Below, one piece after another: positions 1 to 10,310 of a stretch of 64,000 nucleotides of DNA (positions within the stretch are counted from its first letter, which is position 1; each line of letters begins with the position of its first letter). The translations under genes and the position numbers were made by a program. Under the pieces are notes generated by a model. That model searched no databases, was not told the origin of the DNA, and worked only from the letters and a program-made list of their open reading frames with translations. The DNA is taken from the IMG/VR virus record IMGVR_UViG_3300043567_001187, positions 30,486 through 94,485 of that record; one strand, 5' to 3'. This DNA comes from a virus.

Positions 1-2
1 CA

Positions 3-881
3 TCGTTTTAAGCCACCTTGAAACTTAGATGGTAGAAAACTATTACAATTCCTACATAAGTAACTAAAATATACCTTATCGGCAAGACCATATTCCAATA
101 ACAGTCCTGGAATATCCCATCCGTTTTCTTCTGGATATGATGTGTGCAGATACAGGTATGTTTTTTCATATTCAGAGTCTAAATTATTAGACTTAAGAAT
201 TTCTAAATACTTTTTAAAAGACATCATTAAATCTGCTAAAAGTTTACGCTTTTGATTTCTCATCACAGCACCAATAACCGTGATATCTTTACCAAAATAT
301 TGTATTTTATGATTAGTTTTATTCTCTATAGGAAAAAACTCTTCAGGGTTTATACCAGCATAAGCACACCTATCAAACATATTGATTTGTGAACCACATT
401 CCCTGGTTAAAGTCTTTTTGGCCCATTCTGTATACGGAACCACAACATCAGCATTAGCAAAAGTATATCTCCACTCTGTTTTTTGTGGAGCAGAATCTAC
501 TGTGGGCATAATTACCCAGTGAAAAAATGGTCTAAATGGACTAGTTTCTTGATAAGAAAACATCCAATAGTCTCTTATATCAAAAACTATATGAGGCTTA
601 AAATCTGCTATTGCTTTATTAAATTTCCATAAACCAAACTGATTGATATTATTAGAAGCATACTGAGAGTGTTTGGCATGATCCTGAGCAACAGCATTAG
701 GATAAAATTTCCATGGTATATTTGCTTTACTGGCAGTTTCTTTGGTAGCATAACATCCTAATTCTGCTATTTCGTACTTGTTACTATTATGCAACCGTGT
801 TAGAATTTCTTTACCATAAATGCCATAGCCAGTATTTAAACAACTGGCATCATTAGCAATAAATATTCTTTTTTTGATCAT
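3..881 (-). CDS. GT4-like glycosyltransferase, N-terminal part (runs off window)
   Basis: Hand-translated, not in ORF track: MIKKRIFIANDASCLNTGYGIYGKEILTRL...FKPHIVFDIRDYW...VIGAVMRNQKRK, typical GT-B/GT4 pattern. Confidence 0.75.
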   Translation of the reverse strand, partial: MIKKRIFIANDASCLNTGYGIYGKEILTRLHNSNKYEIAELGCYATKETASKANIPWKFYPNAVAQDHAKHSQYASNNINQFGLWKFNKAIADFKPHIVFDIRDYWMFSYQETSPFRPFFHWVIMPTVDSAPQKTEWRYTFANADVVVPYTEWAKKTLTRECGSQINMFDRCAYAGINPEEFFPIENKTNHKIQYFGKDITVIGAVMRNQKRKLLADLMMSFKKYLEILKSNNLDSEYEKTYLYLHTSYPEENGWDIPGLLLEYGLADKVYFSYLCRNCNSFLPSKFQGGLKR

Positions 882-891
882 TGATGATAAA

Positions 892-929
892 CAAGACCCC
901 TGGTATCTAAAAAGACACCAGGGATCTTG
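892..929 (-). terminator. 17-bp stem hairpin downstream of ssb
   Basis: CAAGAUCCCUGGUGUCU-UUUU-AGAUACCAGGGGUCUUG-UUU; the two apparent mismatches are G-U pairs only on the minus strand. Confidence 0.7.
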
Positions 930-945
930 CAAAACTCCTTTAATG

Positions 946-1317
946 TCAGAATGCTACTGGTTCAGCATCTGTGGTCTTTTCGGCCCTTTTAGACTTTACA
1001 ATCTTACCGAAATTATTCACTCTTACCTTTAGGGTACTATGTTTAACACCATCTTTTTCCCAACTATCGTTTCGTAGTGATCCTTCAACCATTACCAGAT
1101 CACCCTTCTTTAATGAAGATGAGATGCTCTCGGCACCACTATCCCAAGCCTCACATTGGATAAATGAAGTAATCTTATCCTGGGTTCCGTTAGCCTTGGT
1201 AAACTCTCTTGATACAGCTACTGTGAAGTTAACTACTGAGGTTTGTTTATCACCAATATTAACAACTCTTAGTTCGGGATCACGAGCCAAATTTCCTCTT
1301 AACATTACAATATTCAT
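946..1317 (-). CDS. ssb: single-stranded DNA-binding protein
   Basis: GNLARDPELR, NFTVAVSR, KKGDLVMVEGSL, acidic-F tail (DAEPVAF). Confidence 0.95.
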   Translation of the reverse strand: MNIVMLRGNLARDPELRVVNIGDKQTSVVNFTVAVSREFTKANGTQDKITSFIQCEAWDSGAESISSSLKKGDLVMVEGSLRNDSWEKDGVKHSTLKVRVNNFGKIVKSKRAEKTTDAEPVAF

Positions 1318-1356
1318 TCATCAATCTCCTTTGAAAAGTTTTGAAACCAACAAAAT

Positions 1357-1384
1357 ATAATAGATCTGAGCGGTAGGGTGTCAA
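1357..1384 (-). promoter_or_regulatory. sigma70-type promoter for ssb
   Basis: TTGACA-16-TATTAT, followed by AAGGAG SD. Confidence 0.7.
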
Positions 1385-2994
1385 GTTTTGGCGATATAGG
1401 CTTTGTCTACTATGATGCCGTCTCCGTTTTTCGTTTTTGACCCCTTTACTATAATTACGTTGTTTTGAAATAATAAATTTTTATAGGTTTTATATTGTTC
1501 AGGGAAAAATATAATAGAGTCCGTCGATCCTGTGGAATCCGACAGTGTCACAAAAGCCATTTCTAGTCCTGGGTTTTTACCGCTCTTAGTTTTTGTAGTA
1601 TTAATAAAATCAATCTCACCACCAAGTATAAGATTATCTTTTAGTATAGTATTCTTTAGTTCTTTACAACTAATATTGGTCATACTAATATCATACATAT
1701 CTATTCTAGAACAAGTAATAGAGCATCCCAATAAAGAGTCCTCACTATCCGCTATCCATTCTGGACTATCATCTAAACTATAAGGAGGGTGATCGAGAGA
1801 AGATAGTATGTCTTGTATAGCTTGTTTTCTATTTTTATTTACTTTGCCTATACTTAATAAAAACTTTAATGCATCTCCTAAACTGGTAAAATTTTCTATA
1901 TGATCAATAATATGCTGAATTTCTTTTTTGGTCAAACTACTACCAAGACTATATTCAAAAAGCATACTATTTCTAGTTTTTTTTATAAAGCTTATAGCGC
2001 CACTTTGTATAAGGGCTTTAGCTGCTGTAGAATTAATATTTACTAGTATATTAAATAATATCTTAAGCCAATTCATACTATTCCATTCTATATTGCCACA
2101 TATAGTAAGTAGTTTATCAAAAACAGATCCACCCACACCCTTTATATCTGTTAAACCAAAATATATTTTATTATTTTTTATAACAAATAAACTATTTAAA
2201 TTTCTGAGATCCGGCGTATGTACAGTAATGTCCATTTCCATGGCATTCTGAACTAAAGACTTTATTTCTTCTTGAGGGTCTATTTTATCTTTAGCAAATC
2301 TTAAGTATGAAGCAAAAAACATCTTAGGGAAATGAGCTTTGGCATATGCAGATAAATACGCATTAATAGCATAGCTAACAGAATGAGACTTATTAAAGCT
2401 ATATCTCTGACTTTTCTCAATCCAACCGAAAATTTGTTCTGCTTCATCATTTGTTACTATGTTTAGTCTATTAGCACCCTCTATAAATTTAGTTTTGACT
2501 TTAGCCATCTCTTCCGGTTTTTTCTTGCCAATAGCTTTGCGTAATAAATCAGCCTCTTGAAGATTAAAGTCAGCAATAACCCTAGCAATTTCCATAGCCT
2601 GTTCTTGATAAACCATTTCTCCATATGTTTTGTTTAAGATAGGTTCTAAGGCTTTATGAAAGTAATCTACAGACTCTAAACCATTTTTTCTATCTATATA
2701 ATGATTAGTAACACTTTTACCATCTCTTATCGCCTCTAATGAACCCGGTCTTAATACCGCGATCAAAGCAGATAATTGTTCTATATTTTCTGGTTTTAGT
2801 TTTTTAGCAATTGATCTTCCTAGTCTAGACTCTAACTGGAAAACCCCCTTAGTATTTCCTTCGGATATTAATTCCCAAGTTCTAGAACAATCGAAATTAA
2901 TATTTTCTATTTTGAGATCAAAGTCTACCTGGGTAATGCCACCATCCTCAATAATAGGAAAACCACAACCACAAGAATACTGATATGTTTTCAT
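1381..2994 (-). CDS. dnaE: DNA polymerase III alpha, C-terminal half (fingers, HhH, OB)
   Basis: TKGVFQLES, LRPG, YQEQAM, RKAIGKK, YSFNKSHS, GLTDIKGVG, MAFVTLSD. Confidence 0.92.
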   Translation of the reverse strand: MKTYQYSCGCGFPIIEDGGITQVDFDLKIENINFDCSRTWELISEGNTKGVFQLESRLGRSIAKKLKPENIEQLSALIAVLRPGSLEAIRDGKSVTNHYIDRKNGLESVDYFHKALEPILNKTYGEMVYQEQAMEIARVIADFNLQEADLLRKAIGKKKPEEMAKVKTKFIEGANRLNIVTNDEAEQIFGWIEKSQRYSFNKSHSVSYAINAYLSAYAKAHFPKMFFASYLRFAKDKIDPQEEIKSLVQNAMEMDITVHTPDLRNLNSLFVIKNNKIYFGLTDIKGVGGSVFDKLLTICGNIEWNSMNWLKILFNILVNINSTAAKALIQSGAISFIKKTRNSMLFEYSLGSSLTKKEIQHIIDHIENFTSLGDALKFLLSIGKVNKNRKQAIQDILSSLDHPPYSLDDSPEWIADSEDSLLGCSITCSRIDMYDISMTNISCKELKNTILKDNLILGGEIDFINTTKTKSGKNPGLEMAFVTLSDSTGSTDSIIFFPEQYKTYKNLLFQNNVIIVKGSKTKNGDGIIVDKAYIAKT

Positions 2995-3680
2995 GCTGTA
3001 AAAGAATCTTTGAATTTAATTTTTTGACCAAGATTTCTATGCAATTTCATAAAACGAACTATCAACTCGGCTGTATCCTTAACATCTTTTAGAGCATCAT
3101 GAGCACCGGTTTTAGATATGCCAAAATAATCTCTCACACTATCTAGCGTATAGCTTTTAAGATCTTGATTACTTTCAAACCAATAAAACATTAAATTCAT
3201 ACAATCTACCACATCTCTTGGATAAAATAGTTCTGTTTTGTTTTCTTTATTGGTGTTACCATATTTTCGGCTTAGTCTATCAATAATTGGTAGGTCAAAT
3301 CTATAGATATTATAGCCTGCCGCAATGGGCGCACTAAATTGACTTTTTTTAGATGATCGTGTATGATATTTATCCAAATAGTTGACAAACAAATTCCAAG
3401 AATGATCTTGTTTTGGGTATTCTTTCCATAAGGCCAAGACTTTTTCTTTTGAGCATTGTTTCACTTTAGCATGAAAGTCTAAGATATCTGTTTTATATTC
3501 ATAGTTAGGATCTTTTTCAATACATTCTGGTTTAAAATTAATATTGAATTCAGAACCATTTATAATTTCTAATTGTATAGGATCAATCATTACCGCAGCA
3601 ATTTGTACAGGACTACATTCACCAGGGTCTGATCCGTCGGTTTCAAAATCAAAAACACAAATTTTATTATAGTTGATCAT
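2991..3680 (-). CDS. DEDDh 3'-5' exonuclease (DnaQ-like)
   Basis: VFDFETDG, GYNIYRFD, HDALKDV. Confidence 0.9.
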   Translation of the reverse strand: MINYNKICVFDFETDGSDPGECSPVQIAAVMIDPIQLEIINGSEFNINFKPECIEKDPNYEYKTDILDFHAKVKQCSKEKVLALWKEYPKQDHSWNLFVNYLDKYHTRSSKKSQFSAPIAAGYNIYRFDLPIIDRLSRKYGNTNKENKTELFYPRDVVDCMNLMFYWFESNQDLKSYTLDSVRDYFGISKTGAHDALKDVKDTAELIVRFMKLHRNLGQKIKFKDSFTA

Positions 3681-3852
3681 CAACATCTACTTCTGTGAGG
3701 GGTTGTACAAATGTTCTATTATTAGGATCTGCTACTTGTTGAGCATTGATAGATTTGCAGCAACTAATTTTTACAGCATTAATTTTTGTGTATTCTACAT
3801 CATTAAGCTTAAACTTTTCATCTACAGATATATCTTTAAATTGTTTTTTCAT
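3667..3852 (-). CDS. small hypothetical protein
   Basis: Overlaps both neighbours (translational coupling), 61 aa. Confidence 0.6.
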   Translation of the reverse strand: MKKQFKDISVDEKFKLNDVEYTKINAVKISCCKSINAQQVADPNNRTFVQPLTEVDVDDQL

Positions 3853-5717
3853 AATTTAACTCCATTGAATAATAAATCTTGAACTGTCATCATTTTATCG
3901 AGTAAAGCAACTCCTAGTATATCCAATTTAATAACTCCCAAAGCTTCTAAGTCTTGCATTTCCATACCAGCTATTAGTTGATCGTTTTTGCTATCATAAA
4001 CCATAGGACAAATTTCATTCAAGGGTTCTGCACTAATGGCTATGCCAGCAGCGTGTTTAGACTGATTGGACTTTGTACCTTCTAATCTTATAGCCTGTTC
4101 GAACCTTTTTGACAATGGACCCTGTAATTCGTTATTTTCATCTATGAAACACCATTCTCTCAGTTTATCTTGATTATTTTCTAATGACCATCGTATAATT
4201 GAAGCTTCTCCTGTTTCTTCTTTCATCTCTTGAAGCTCATCAGCAATTTTAGATTCATCAGGAATATTTTTGGTTATATTATTCATTTCATCAAACGTTA
4301 TATTACCATACACCCTAATAACATCTTTGAGGGCGCCCCTACCTTTAATAGTATTAAATGTTACCATTTGAGAAACTTTATCTATACCATATTTATTTTT
4401 AATGTACTGAATTATGTTTTCTCTTTTATTAATTGGTACGTCAACATCAATATCTGGCATAGAATCTGATCTAGCAGCATTAAAAAATCTCTCAAAAAGT
4501 AGATTATATTTTATAGGATCAATACTAGTAATACCTATTAAATAAGATACCAAACAACCAGCGGCACTCCCCCTACCCGGACCCGGCAACCAATTATTAG
4601 ATCTTACGTAATTTACTATATCTTGAACTATTAGAAAATAACTACTAAGATCAGCACCTTGTAAAACCTCTAATTCATATTTGACCCTATCTACATAAAT
4701 CTGCTGGTCTTCTTTTGGAATAATATTAGCTATTTTTTCTTTCCATCCTTTACGACATAACTCTCTTAAATACTCAGCATCATCATATCCTTCTGGACAT
4801 TGAAATGTTGGGAGTTTAGGTTTGCTAAGTATATCATAATTTTCAATTAAACTTGCCACATAATTAGTGTTTTCTATTTCTTGTGGTAAATGCAAGCTGG
4901 ACATTTCTTCTTGAGAAAGTATATGATAATTATCAGAATTAAAGAAACACCCCATAGGCACAGATTCATTATTACTAATTTTACGACTAATTTCTGGAAA
5001 TGTAGTCTTTAAATTATTGCACAACAATATTCTTTGATCAACAGCATCCTCTTTTCTGCAATAATGAGCATCTGGTGTGCATACTACTTTAGTGTTTGTG
5101 ATTTGCCCCAAGTGTCTTATAGATTCTGTAAGTATTTTTTGAACTGGTAAATTTTCCACATCCATTAATTGGACTTCTAAAAATACATTATCAGACTCAA
5201 AGATATTTTTTAAGATATTTATATGTTCTGTTCCTAAAGTTTTCCAATTGTCTTTTAGCTGTAGATTATTATCTAATAGGGTATCTGCTAATGTTGAACC
5301 CAAATGACCTGTAATAGCGACCATATCAGACTTATTAAATTTAGATAGAGTTTTTAAATCTAGTCTTGGCTTGTGATAATAAAAATCCGGACGATTAGAT
5401 TCAGAAATTATTTTGATAAGATTTTTCCATCCTCTATAATTTTTAGCCAGCACTATAAAATGGCTTAATTCTTTGTTGTCTTTTTCTTTAATAGACGGAT
5501 CATGATTACAAATATATAATTCACAACCCAGTATGGGTTTAATACCAGCCTTTTTCATAGATGAATAAAACTTGACAGCGCCAGCTATATTGCCATGATC
5601 TGTTAAAGCACATGCAGTAGCGCCAATTTCTTTGCATCTTTCAGCAATCTGGTCTGTTTTAGAAAGTCCGTCTAATAACGAAAAAGTACTATGAGTATGA
5701 AGAGGAATATAGTTCAT
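3849..5717 (-). CDS. dnaE: DNA polymerase III alpha, N-terminal half (PHP + palm)
   Basis: LHTHSTFSLLDG, TDHGN, GRGSAAG, PDIDVD, KLDILG. Confidence 0.95.
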   Translation of the reverse strand: MNYIPLHTHSTFSLLDGLSKTDQIAERCKEIGATACALTDHGNIAGAVKFYSSMKKAGIKPILGCELYICNHDPSIKEKDNKELSHFIVLAKNYRGWKNLIKIISESNRPDFYYHKPRLDLKTLSKFNKSDMVAITGHLGSTLADTLLDNNLQLKDNWKTLGTEHINILKNIFESDNVFLEVQLMDVENLPVQKILTESIRHLGQITNTKVVCTPDAHYCRKEDAVDQRILLCNNLKTTFPEISRKISNNESVPMGCFFNSDNYHILSQEEMSSLHLPQEIENTNYVASLIENYDILSKPKLPTFQCPEGYDDAEYLRELCRKGWKEKIANIIPKEDQQIYVDRVKYELEVLQGADLSSYFLIVQDIVNYVRSNNWLPGPGRGSAAGCLVSYLIGITSIDPIKYNLLFERFFNAARSDSMPDIDVDVPINKRENIIQYIKNKYGIDKVSQMVTFNTIKGRGALKDVIRVYGNITFDEMNNITKNIPDESKIADELQEMKEETGEASIIRWSLENNQDKLREWCFIDENNELQGPLSKRFEQAIRLEGTKSNQSKHAAGIAISAEPLNEICPMVYDSKNDQLIAGMEMQDLEALGVIKLDILGVALLDKMMTVQDLLFNGVKL

Positions 5718-6757
5718 TCTGTGCTTCCTGGTGCTTTGTAAGATCCTACACTATAGCCCGGAATGGTATATTTGTCAACCACGTTCTCTATGCCAAGCAG
5801 ATCAACATCATGCTTAACCTGTTGACACTTGGTCATAGTATTATCAACTTTAGTTATCTGATTATCTCTATATTCCACAATAGGAAGTACATGGCTATTT
5901 TCAAAAGTTGTTTTTCCAAAATGGCATAGTTTCGTACATTTCCAGGTTTTGTTTAACTCTGGCACCTTAGTATTTTTAATGGTTTCAAACTTCTTTTTAA
6001 TCATTAATTCTGTTTGCGGCAAATCATTTTTATCATAACAAACACTAAAAGCTCCACCATCATTAATAAAATTTATAGTGAAAATAATATGATCCATTTG
6101 AGGATATAAAGAACTAACAGCATAATGATAAATTCTTAATTGTGGATCATTTTGTAGTTTAGCTAATGTTTTTTCTTCGCCAGTGGCCCAATCTAATCTT
6201 TTACCACTTTTCCAGTCTATTATCTCAATAGTATTATCATTAACCTTGGTTATGAGGTCAATAGTGCCTTTAATGGCCAAATATCCTTCTAATAATCCGT
6301 CTTTAGTTTGATAAGAATATTTAGCCCATGGTTTTTTTATAACAATATCAAATCTTTGTTCTGGTTGTAGTATGTTTCTATTGCGAGGGTCGAATGATCC
6401 GTTGTGCGATTCCAGAGCCTTGTTGACCCACAGGTGGCAATCTTTATAGTCTTTGACACTCCACTCATGGTTTTTAAACTGAGTCGAGTAATACTTGTAA
6501 ACCTTTTCAATAATAGAGTTTAAATTGTACTGATTAATATTAATTGGGCCTAAAATATCATCAGTATAAATAGTTTCATTATTTTGTTCGGTCAACTTGA
6601 TGTAAGCTAAAACCTCTAAGACTTTATGTATAATAGTGCCTTTATCGGCTTTAATTCCCGAAGGAGATTTCATTCCTAATACATATTCAAGAAAATATTG
6701 CTGTCCGCACATACTATGAGTATTATATGATGAACTTCTAAGATAAGTAATTATAAT
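5714..6757 (-). CDS. PD-(D/E)XK RecB/Cas4-like exonuclease
   Basis: GTIIHKVLE, GTIDL..IIDWKSG, QLRIY, N- and C-terminal Cys; frame extends to ATT at 6757 (ORF track start 6712). Confidence 0.8.
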   Translation of the reverse strand: MIITYLRSSSYNTHSMCGQQYFLEYVLGMKSPSGIKADKGTIIHKVLEVLAYIKLTEQNNETIYTDDILGPININQYNLNSIIEKVYKYYSTQFKNHEWSVKDYKDCHLWVNKALESHNGSFDPRNRNILQPEQRFDIVIKKPWAKYSYQTKDGLLEGYLAIKGTIDLITKVNDNTIEIIDWKSGKRLDWATGEEKTLAKLQNDPQLRIYHYAVSSLYPQMDHIIFTINFINDGGAFSVCYDKNDLPQTELMIKKKFETIKNTKVPELNKTWKCTKLCHFGKTTFENSHVLPIVEYRDNQITKVDNTMTKCQQVKHDVDLLGIENVVDKYTIPGYSVGSYKAPGSTE

Positions 6758-7371
6758 GGCAGTATTCCTCTCTTAAGTATGAATCGGTAAATAAGACTAT
6801 TTTTTTCTTCTATAGAAATGTTATCATTTTGTATAACACAACTAAAGTTGCCCCAATTATATTTGTCTGGATCTAATGCGGTTTCTGGTTCAGCAGAGGA
6901 GTTGAATGGATTTCTTGTTAATCTAATAACATATCCACCAGCTTCTAGTATAGGATCTACCTCATTGGGAAATCTATTATCTAGTAATAGGGCGAAGTCC
7001 GGATTATCTTTTTGTATAGTATTAAGAGTTGCTTCTACCCAAATTTTATCTTTCATTCTTCTGAACATTTTTGTTCCAATATATTCCATAACTTCTCTTG
7101 CTGTCATTAATCCTATTAATGGACCATTATACCCCGGCATATTTTCCCACAATAATGAAGTAAACGAATTCTTATCCTCATCACTACCATAACATTGAGC
7201 ATTTGTTAATCCTAGCAAGTCTATACAAATATTCTTTTTTAATGGATCAGCAAAACTATATGTTCTAACATCTATGTTAGGGTTTATAGAATATATTAAA
7301 CTCTGTAAATATTCTCCTGATGTACTTTTGCCAGACTGTTTACGTCCAGAGAATGCTAATATTTTGGTCAT
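6751..7371 (-). CDS. deoxynucleoside monophosphate kinase
   Basis: SGRKQSGKST, SFADPLK, TAREVMEYIGT, DNRFPNE. Confidence 0.88.
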   Translation of the reverse strand: MTKILAFSGRKQSGKSTSGEYLQSLIYSINPNIDVRTYSFADPLKKNICIDLLGLTNAQCYGSDEDKNSFTSLLWENMPGYNGPLIGLMTAREVMEYIGTKMFRRMKDKIWVEATLNTIQKDNPDFALLLDNRFPNEVDPILEAGGYVIRLTRNPFNSSAEPETALDPDKYNWGNFSCVIQNDNISIEEKNSLIYRFILKRGILPL

Positions 7372-8510
7372 GCTATACTTTCTATAAAACTCTTAATTTC
7401 AGTATTAATTTGTTCACTATTCATTTCGCCCACATCAGAACAACTAATTTTAGGTATAAAAATACGATAAGTATTCTGGCATTTACTCTTAATCTGATCA
7501 GCAGCTTTGTGTCCAGCATCATCATTATCTGTTAGTATTACCAAATTCATAGCTCCTGAACTATCTAATAGAATTTTTTGTCTATCGCTCAGTGATGACC
7601 CAAAAATACCTACACTATTATGTATATTGTTTTCTTCTAGTCTCCATACATTACCAGGGCTTTCTACTATAATAGCAGTGCCACTATCTAAGATAAACTT
7701 TTTAGCAAACCATAGGTTATACAAATGGTTTTGACTTTTAAAATCCGCATTATGTTTCCACTTAGGATATTTCCACTTAAAAGAATCTTCTGGACACCTA
7801 TTTAGAGGATTATGGTAACATTTACAACTATCACATTTTTCATATATACTACGACCAGTACATCCTACCATATATTTATAATCATTATCATATATGGGTA
7901 CAACCACCCTATCAGACATTTCCCTACCTTCTCTGCTACATAAACCTACATCATATTTAGATAGTATTTCATCGCTATAATTTCTATTAAGATAATATGA
8001 TGCGGGAATTTGCAGGGTTTTGATTATTTGTTCTCTAGTAATATTAGATTTGGTGATGGCAACATTTTTATTGATATAGCTAATAACAGATGTAAACTGC
8101 TGTTTTTCTCTATCAACCTTAGACACTTTTATCTTACTAAAGTCTTTATTCAAGAAGTTTGTAGCAAAGGCTAATGCTTCTTGAAAGGAACACATATCAT
8201 CACCTGGTTGTGTCCATCCATAATTCTGGGCTGAAATAATCCCCCTAATAAAACCTAGAATAGATCCCTTAAAAGTTTTTTCACAATTATGGGTTCTGCA
8301 TTTCCAATTACCTCTATAGTGATCTCCTTCTGGATAGATATTGATAGCAGACGAGTTATCTCCACCATGAATTGGACAACTCATGGTGATCATTTTTTGG
8401 TTGATTTTATAGTCTAAATTAAAAGAGTTCAATAACGATGTGATATTATCACACAACTCATCACAGACTATTTTTAGTTTAGCCTGATCATTCAAAAGGG
8501 ATTTGGTCAT
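7368..8510 (-). CDS. dnaG: DNA primase (Zn finger + TOPRIM)
   Basis: CPIH..WKCRTHNC, RVVVPI, IIVES, LTDNDDAG. Confidence 0.88.
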   Translation of the reverse strand: MTKSLLNDQAKLKIVCDELCDNITSLLNSFNLDYKINQKMITMSCPIHGGDNSSAINIYPEGDHYRGNWKCRTHNCEKTFKGSILGFIRGIISAQNYGWTQPGDDMCSFQEALAFATNFLNKDFSKIKVSKVDREKQQFTSVISYINKNVAITKSNITREQIIKTLQIPASYYLNRNYSDEILSKYDVGLCSREGREMSDRVVVPIYDNDYKYMVGCTGRSIYEKCDSCKCYHNPLNRCPEDSFKWKYPKWKHNADFKSQNHLYNLWFAKKFILDSGTAIIVESPGNVWRLEENNIHNSVGIFGSSLSDRQKILLDSSGAMNLVILTDNDDAGHKAADQIKSKCQNTYRIFIPKISCSDVGEMNSEQINTEIKSFIESIA

Positions 8511-9945
8511 TGTCGTTGTCATTATCATCTACTACAAAACCTTCACTATTATTTTTGATATTATGAGCTACTTCTAATTTGGTTTTACCTTCCGTAATCT
8601 TTGCACACCAGCCCTTCATATAACAGTTAATATAGTCATTATCGTCTAATCCTCCACCATGACGACTAATTAATGGTACAAGTTTTCTATTCCCATTATC
8701 TGGACCATCTTCTGCAATTTCTTCATCACTTTTTCTTTTAAAAATACTAAAATTACTACAAAGCCAAATAATTCTATCTGATCCACTAGCAGAATCGGTA
8801 CTTTCTTTTGTAATACCATCCCTGTTTAACTGAATAAAGGCAACTATAGGAACTTTATATCTAACAGCAAAATTATGAAGGCTAGTCATCATAAATCCTA
8901 ATAATTGATATTCTTTTAGATCTTGACTAATACCACTACTATCCATAAGTTTAAGATAGTCATAAAAAATCACACAATCTTTTGCTGTACCGTCATCATT
9001 TAATCCTACCTCTTTAACAAGCCATCTTCTCATAATAGCTAATTGATCTTCAAATGGTTTTCCAGCTATGCTCTTATGATACAATTTCATAGCCTTAAGT
9101 TCTTGAGCTGCTTTTGTGATTTTATTCTTTTTGTCTGGTGAATCTGAGAATTTACCAGTTTCAATATTATTAATCTCAATCTCGGTAAGCATTGCTAAAA
9201 TTCTATGAATATGATCCTCTTTATTCATTTCAGTATCCATATTTAATACTGGAACACCTAGTTTAGCAACATTAATACCCATATTATCGCTTAAAAGAGT
9301 TTTACCCGTTTTGGGCCTGGCTCCTATAACATTAATAGTACCCTTTCTTAATCCTCCACCAATTGCTAGGTCATACGTAGGAAATCCTGTAGGAATACCA
9401 ACCTGATCAACTTTATTAGTCTCTAATGATTCAATATACTCTTCAATAGACGAGCCCATTTTTTCTGGACCACTATCGGTATCATTTAATAAAGAGGTAA
9501 AATTAAAAATGCTATCTTCTGCTATTCCAATAATTGAAGATATGGGTTCATTACCAGTAACTTCTAAAATTTTATCTTGGGTTTCTTCTAGTTGTTTTCT
9601 TAAAAGTCTAGCAATTTCTAGTTTACGAATTTTAGCCGCAAACTTTCTAACATTATCTAGGCTAACAGGAAAATCTATAATAGCCTTTAAATGTTGCGTT
9701 TCTTCTTTTTTAGATAGTATATGAGAAAATCCAAGCTCTTGAGCTACAGAATATATAGATGCTATATCTATAGGGCTTTGATTACTATCACAAAGAGTCT
9801 TTAAACACTTAAAAATAATGTTATTACTATCGATAGTAAAAGAAGTTTCTTGAACTATATCAGCAATATCTAAATAGGCATTTTCACCATATTGAAAAAT
9901 ACCAGCCAATACCGCTCTTTCTGCGGCAGGATCACACAAAATCAT
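8488..9945 (-). CDS. dnaB: replicative helicase
   Basis: AERAVLAG, GIPTGF, GARPKTGKT, DYLKL, QLNR; TAATG overlap at 9945. Confidence 0.93.
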   Translation of the reverse strand: MILCDPAAERAVLAGIFQYGENAYLDIADIVQETSFTIDSNNIIFKCLKTLCDSNQSPIDIASIYSVAQELGFSHILSKKEETQHLKAIIDFPVSLDNVRKFAAKIRKLEIARLLRKQLEETQDKILEVTGNEPISSIIGIAEDSIFNFTSLLNDTDSGPEKMGSSIEEYIESLETNKVDQVGIPTGFPTYDLAIGGGLRKGTINVIGARPKTGKTLLSDNMGINVAKLGVPVLNMDTEMNKEDHIHRILAMLTEIEINNIETGKFSDSPDKKNKITKAAQELKAMKLYHKSIAGKPFEDQLAIMRRWLVKEVGLNDDGTAKDCVIFYDYLKLMDSSGISQDLKEYQLLGFMMTSLHNFAVRYKVPIVAFIQLNRDGITKESTDSASGSDRIIWLCSNFSIFKRKSDEEIAEDGPDNGNRKLVPLISRHGGGLDDNDYINCYMKGWCAKITEGKTKLEVAHNIKNNSEGFVVDDNDNDNDQIPFE

Positions 9946-10310
9946 TAGCCTGCTCCTGTGGAACACTTGTTGCACTTGTATCTATCTATAGACTCTATGA
10001 GGGACGGTGCAACTTTTTCTGTTTTTCCACAAACTCTACACTTGGCTTTTACAAAGTCAAAAGTTCTATTCCTCACCGATGGTGGTGGTTTTCTGATCTT
10101 TTTGTCAAACTCAACATCCTCTTTGCACATACCAAATTCAGCCATATGCTCAAATTTATTGGTAGTTTTTTTCTTTTTTGTTGCGGTTTTGGGCTGGGTT
10201 TTTCGTGTCTTAGGTTTTACAATCTCTACATTGCCCTGATCATCCTCATCAGTTAAACCCTTTTGTAAAATAGCTATCAAAGCTTTAATATCATCTTTAT
10301 CAAGAGCCAT
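9945..10310 (-). CDS. hypothetical protein with C-terminal Zn ribbon
   Basis: CRVC...CNKC. Confidence 0.6.
   Translation of the reverse strand: MALDKDDIKALIAILQKGLTDEDDQGNVEIVKPKTRKTQPKTATKKKKTTNKFEHMAEFGMCKEDVEFDKKIRKPPPSVRNRTFDFVKAKCRVCGKTEKVAPSLIESIDRYKCNKCSTGAG

Noticed and set aside
2994-3849. Split intein or intron joining the dnaE halves
   Set aside because: No intein N-terminal Cys/Ser block or C-terminal HN motif, and no intron core; the gap is filled by two coupled ORFs
5714-6757. Cas4-like gene as sign of a CRISPR system
   Set aside because: No repeat-spacer array or other cas genes seen; it sits in the replication operon
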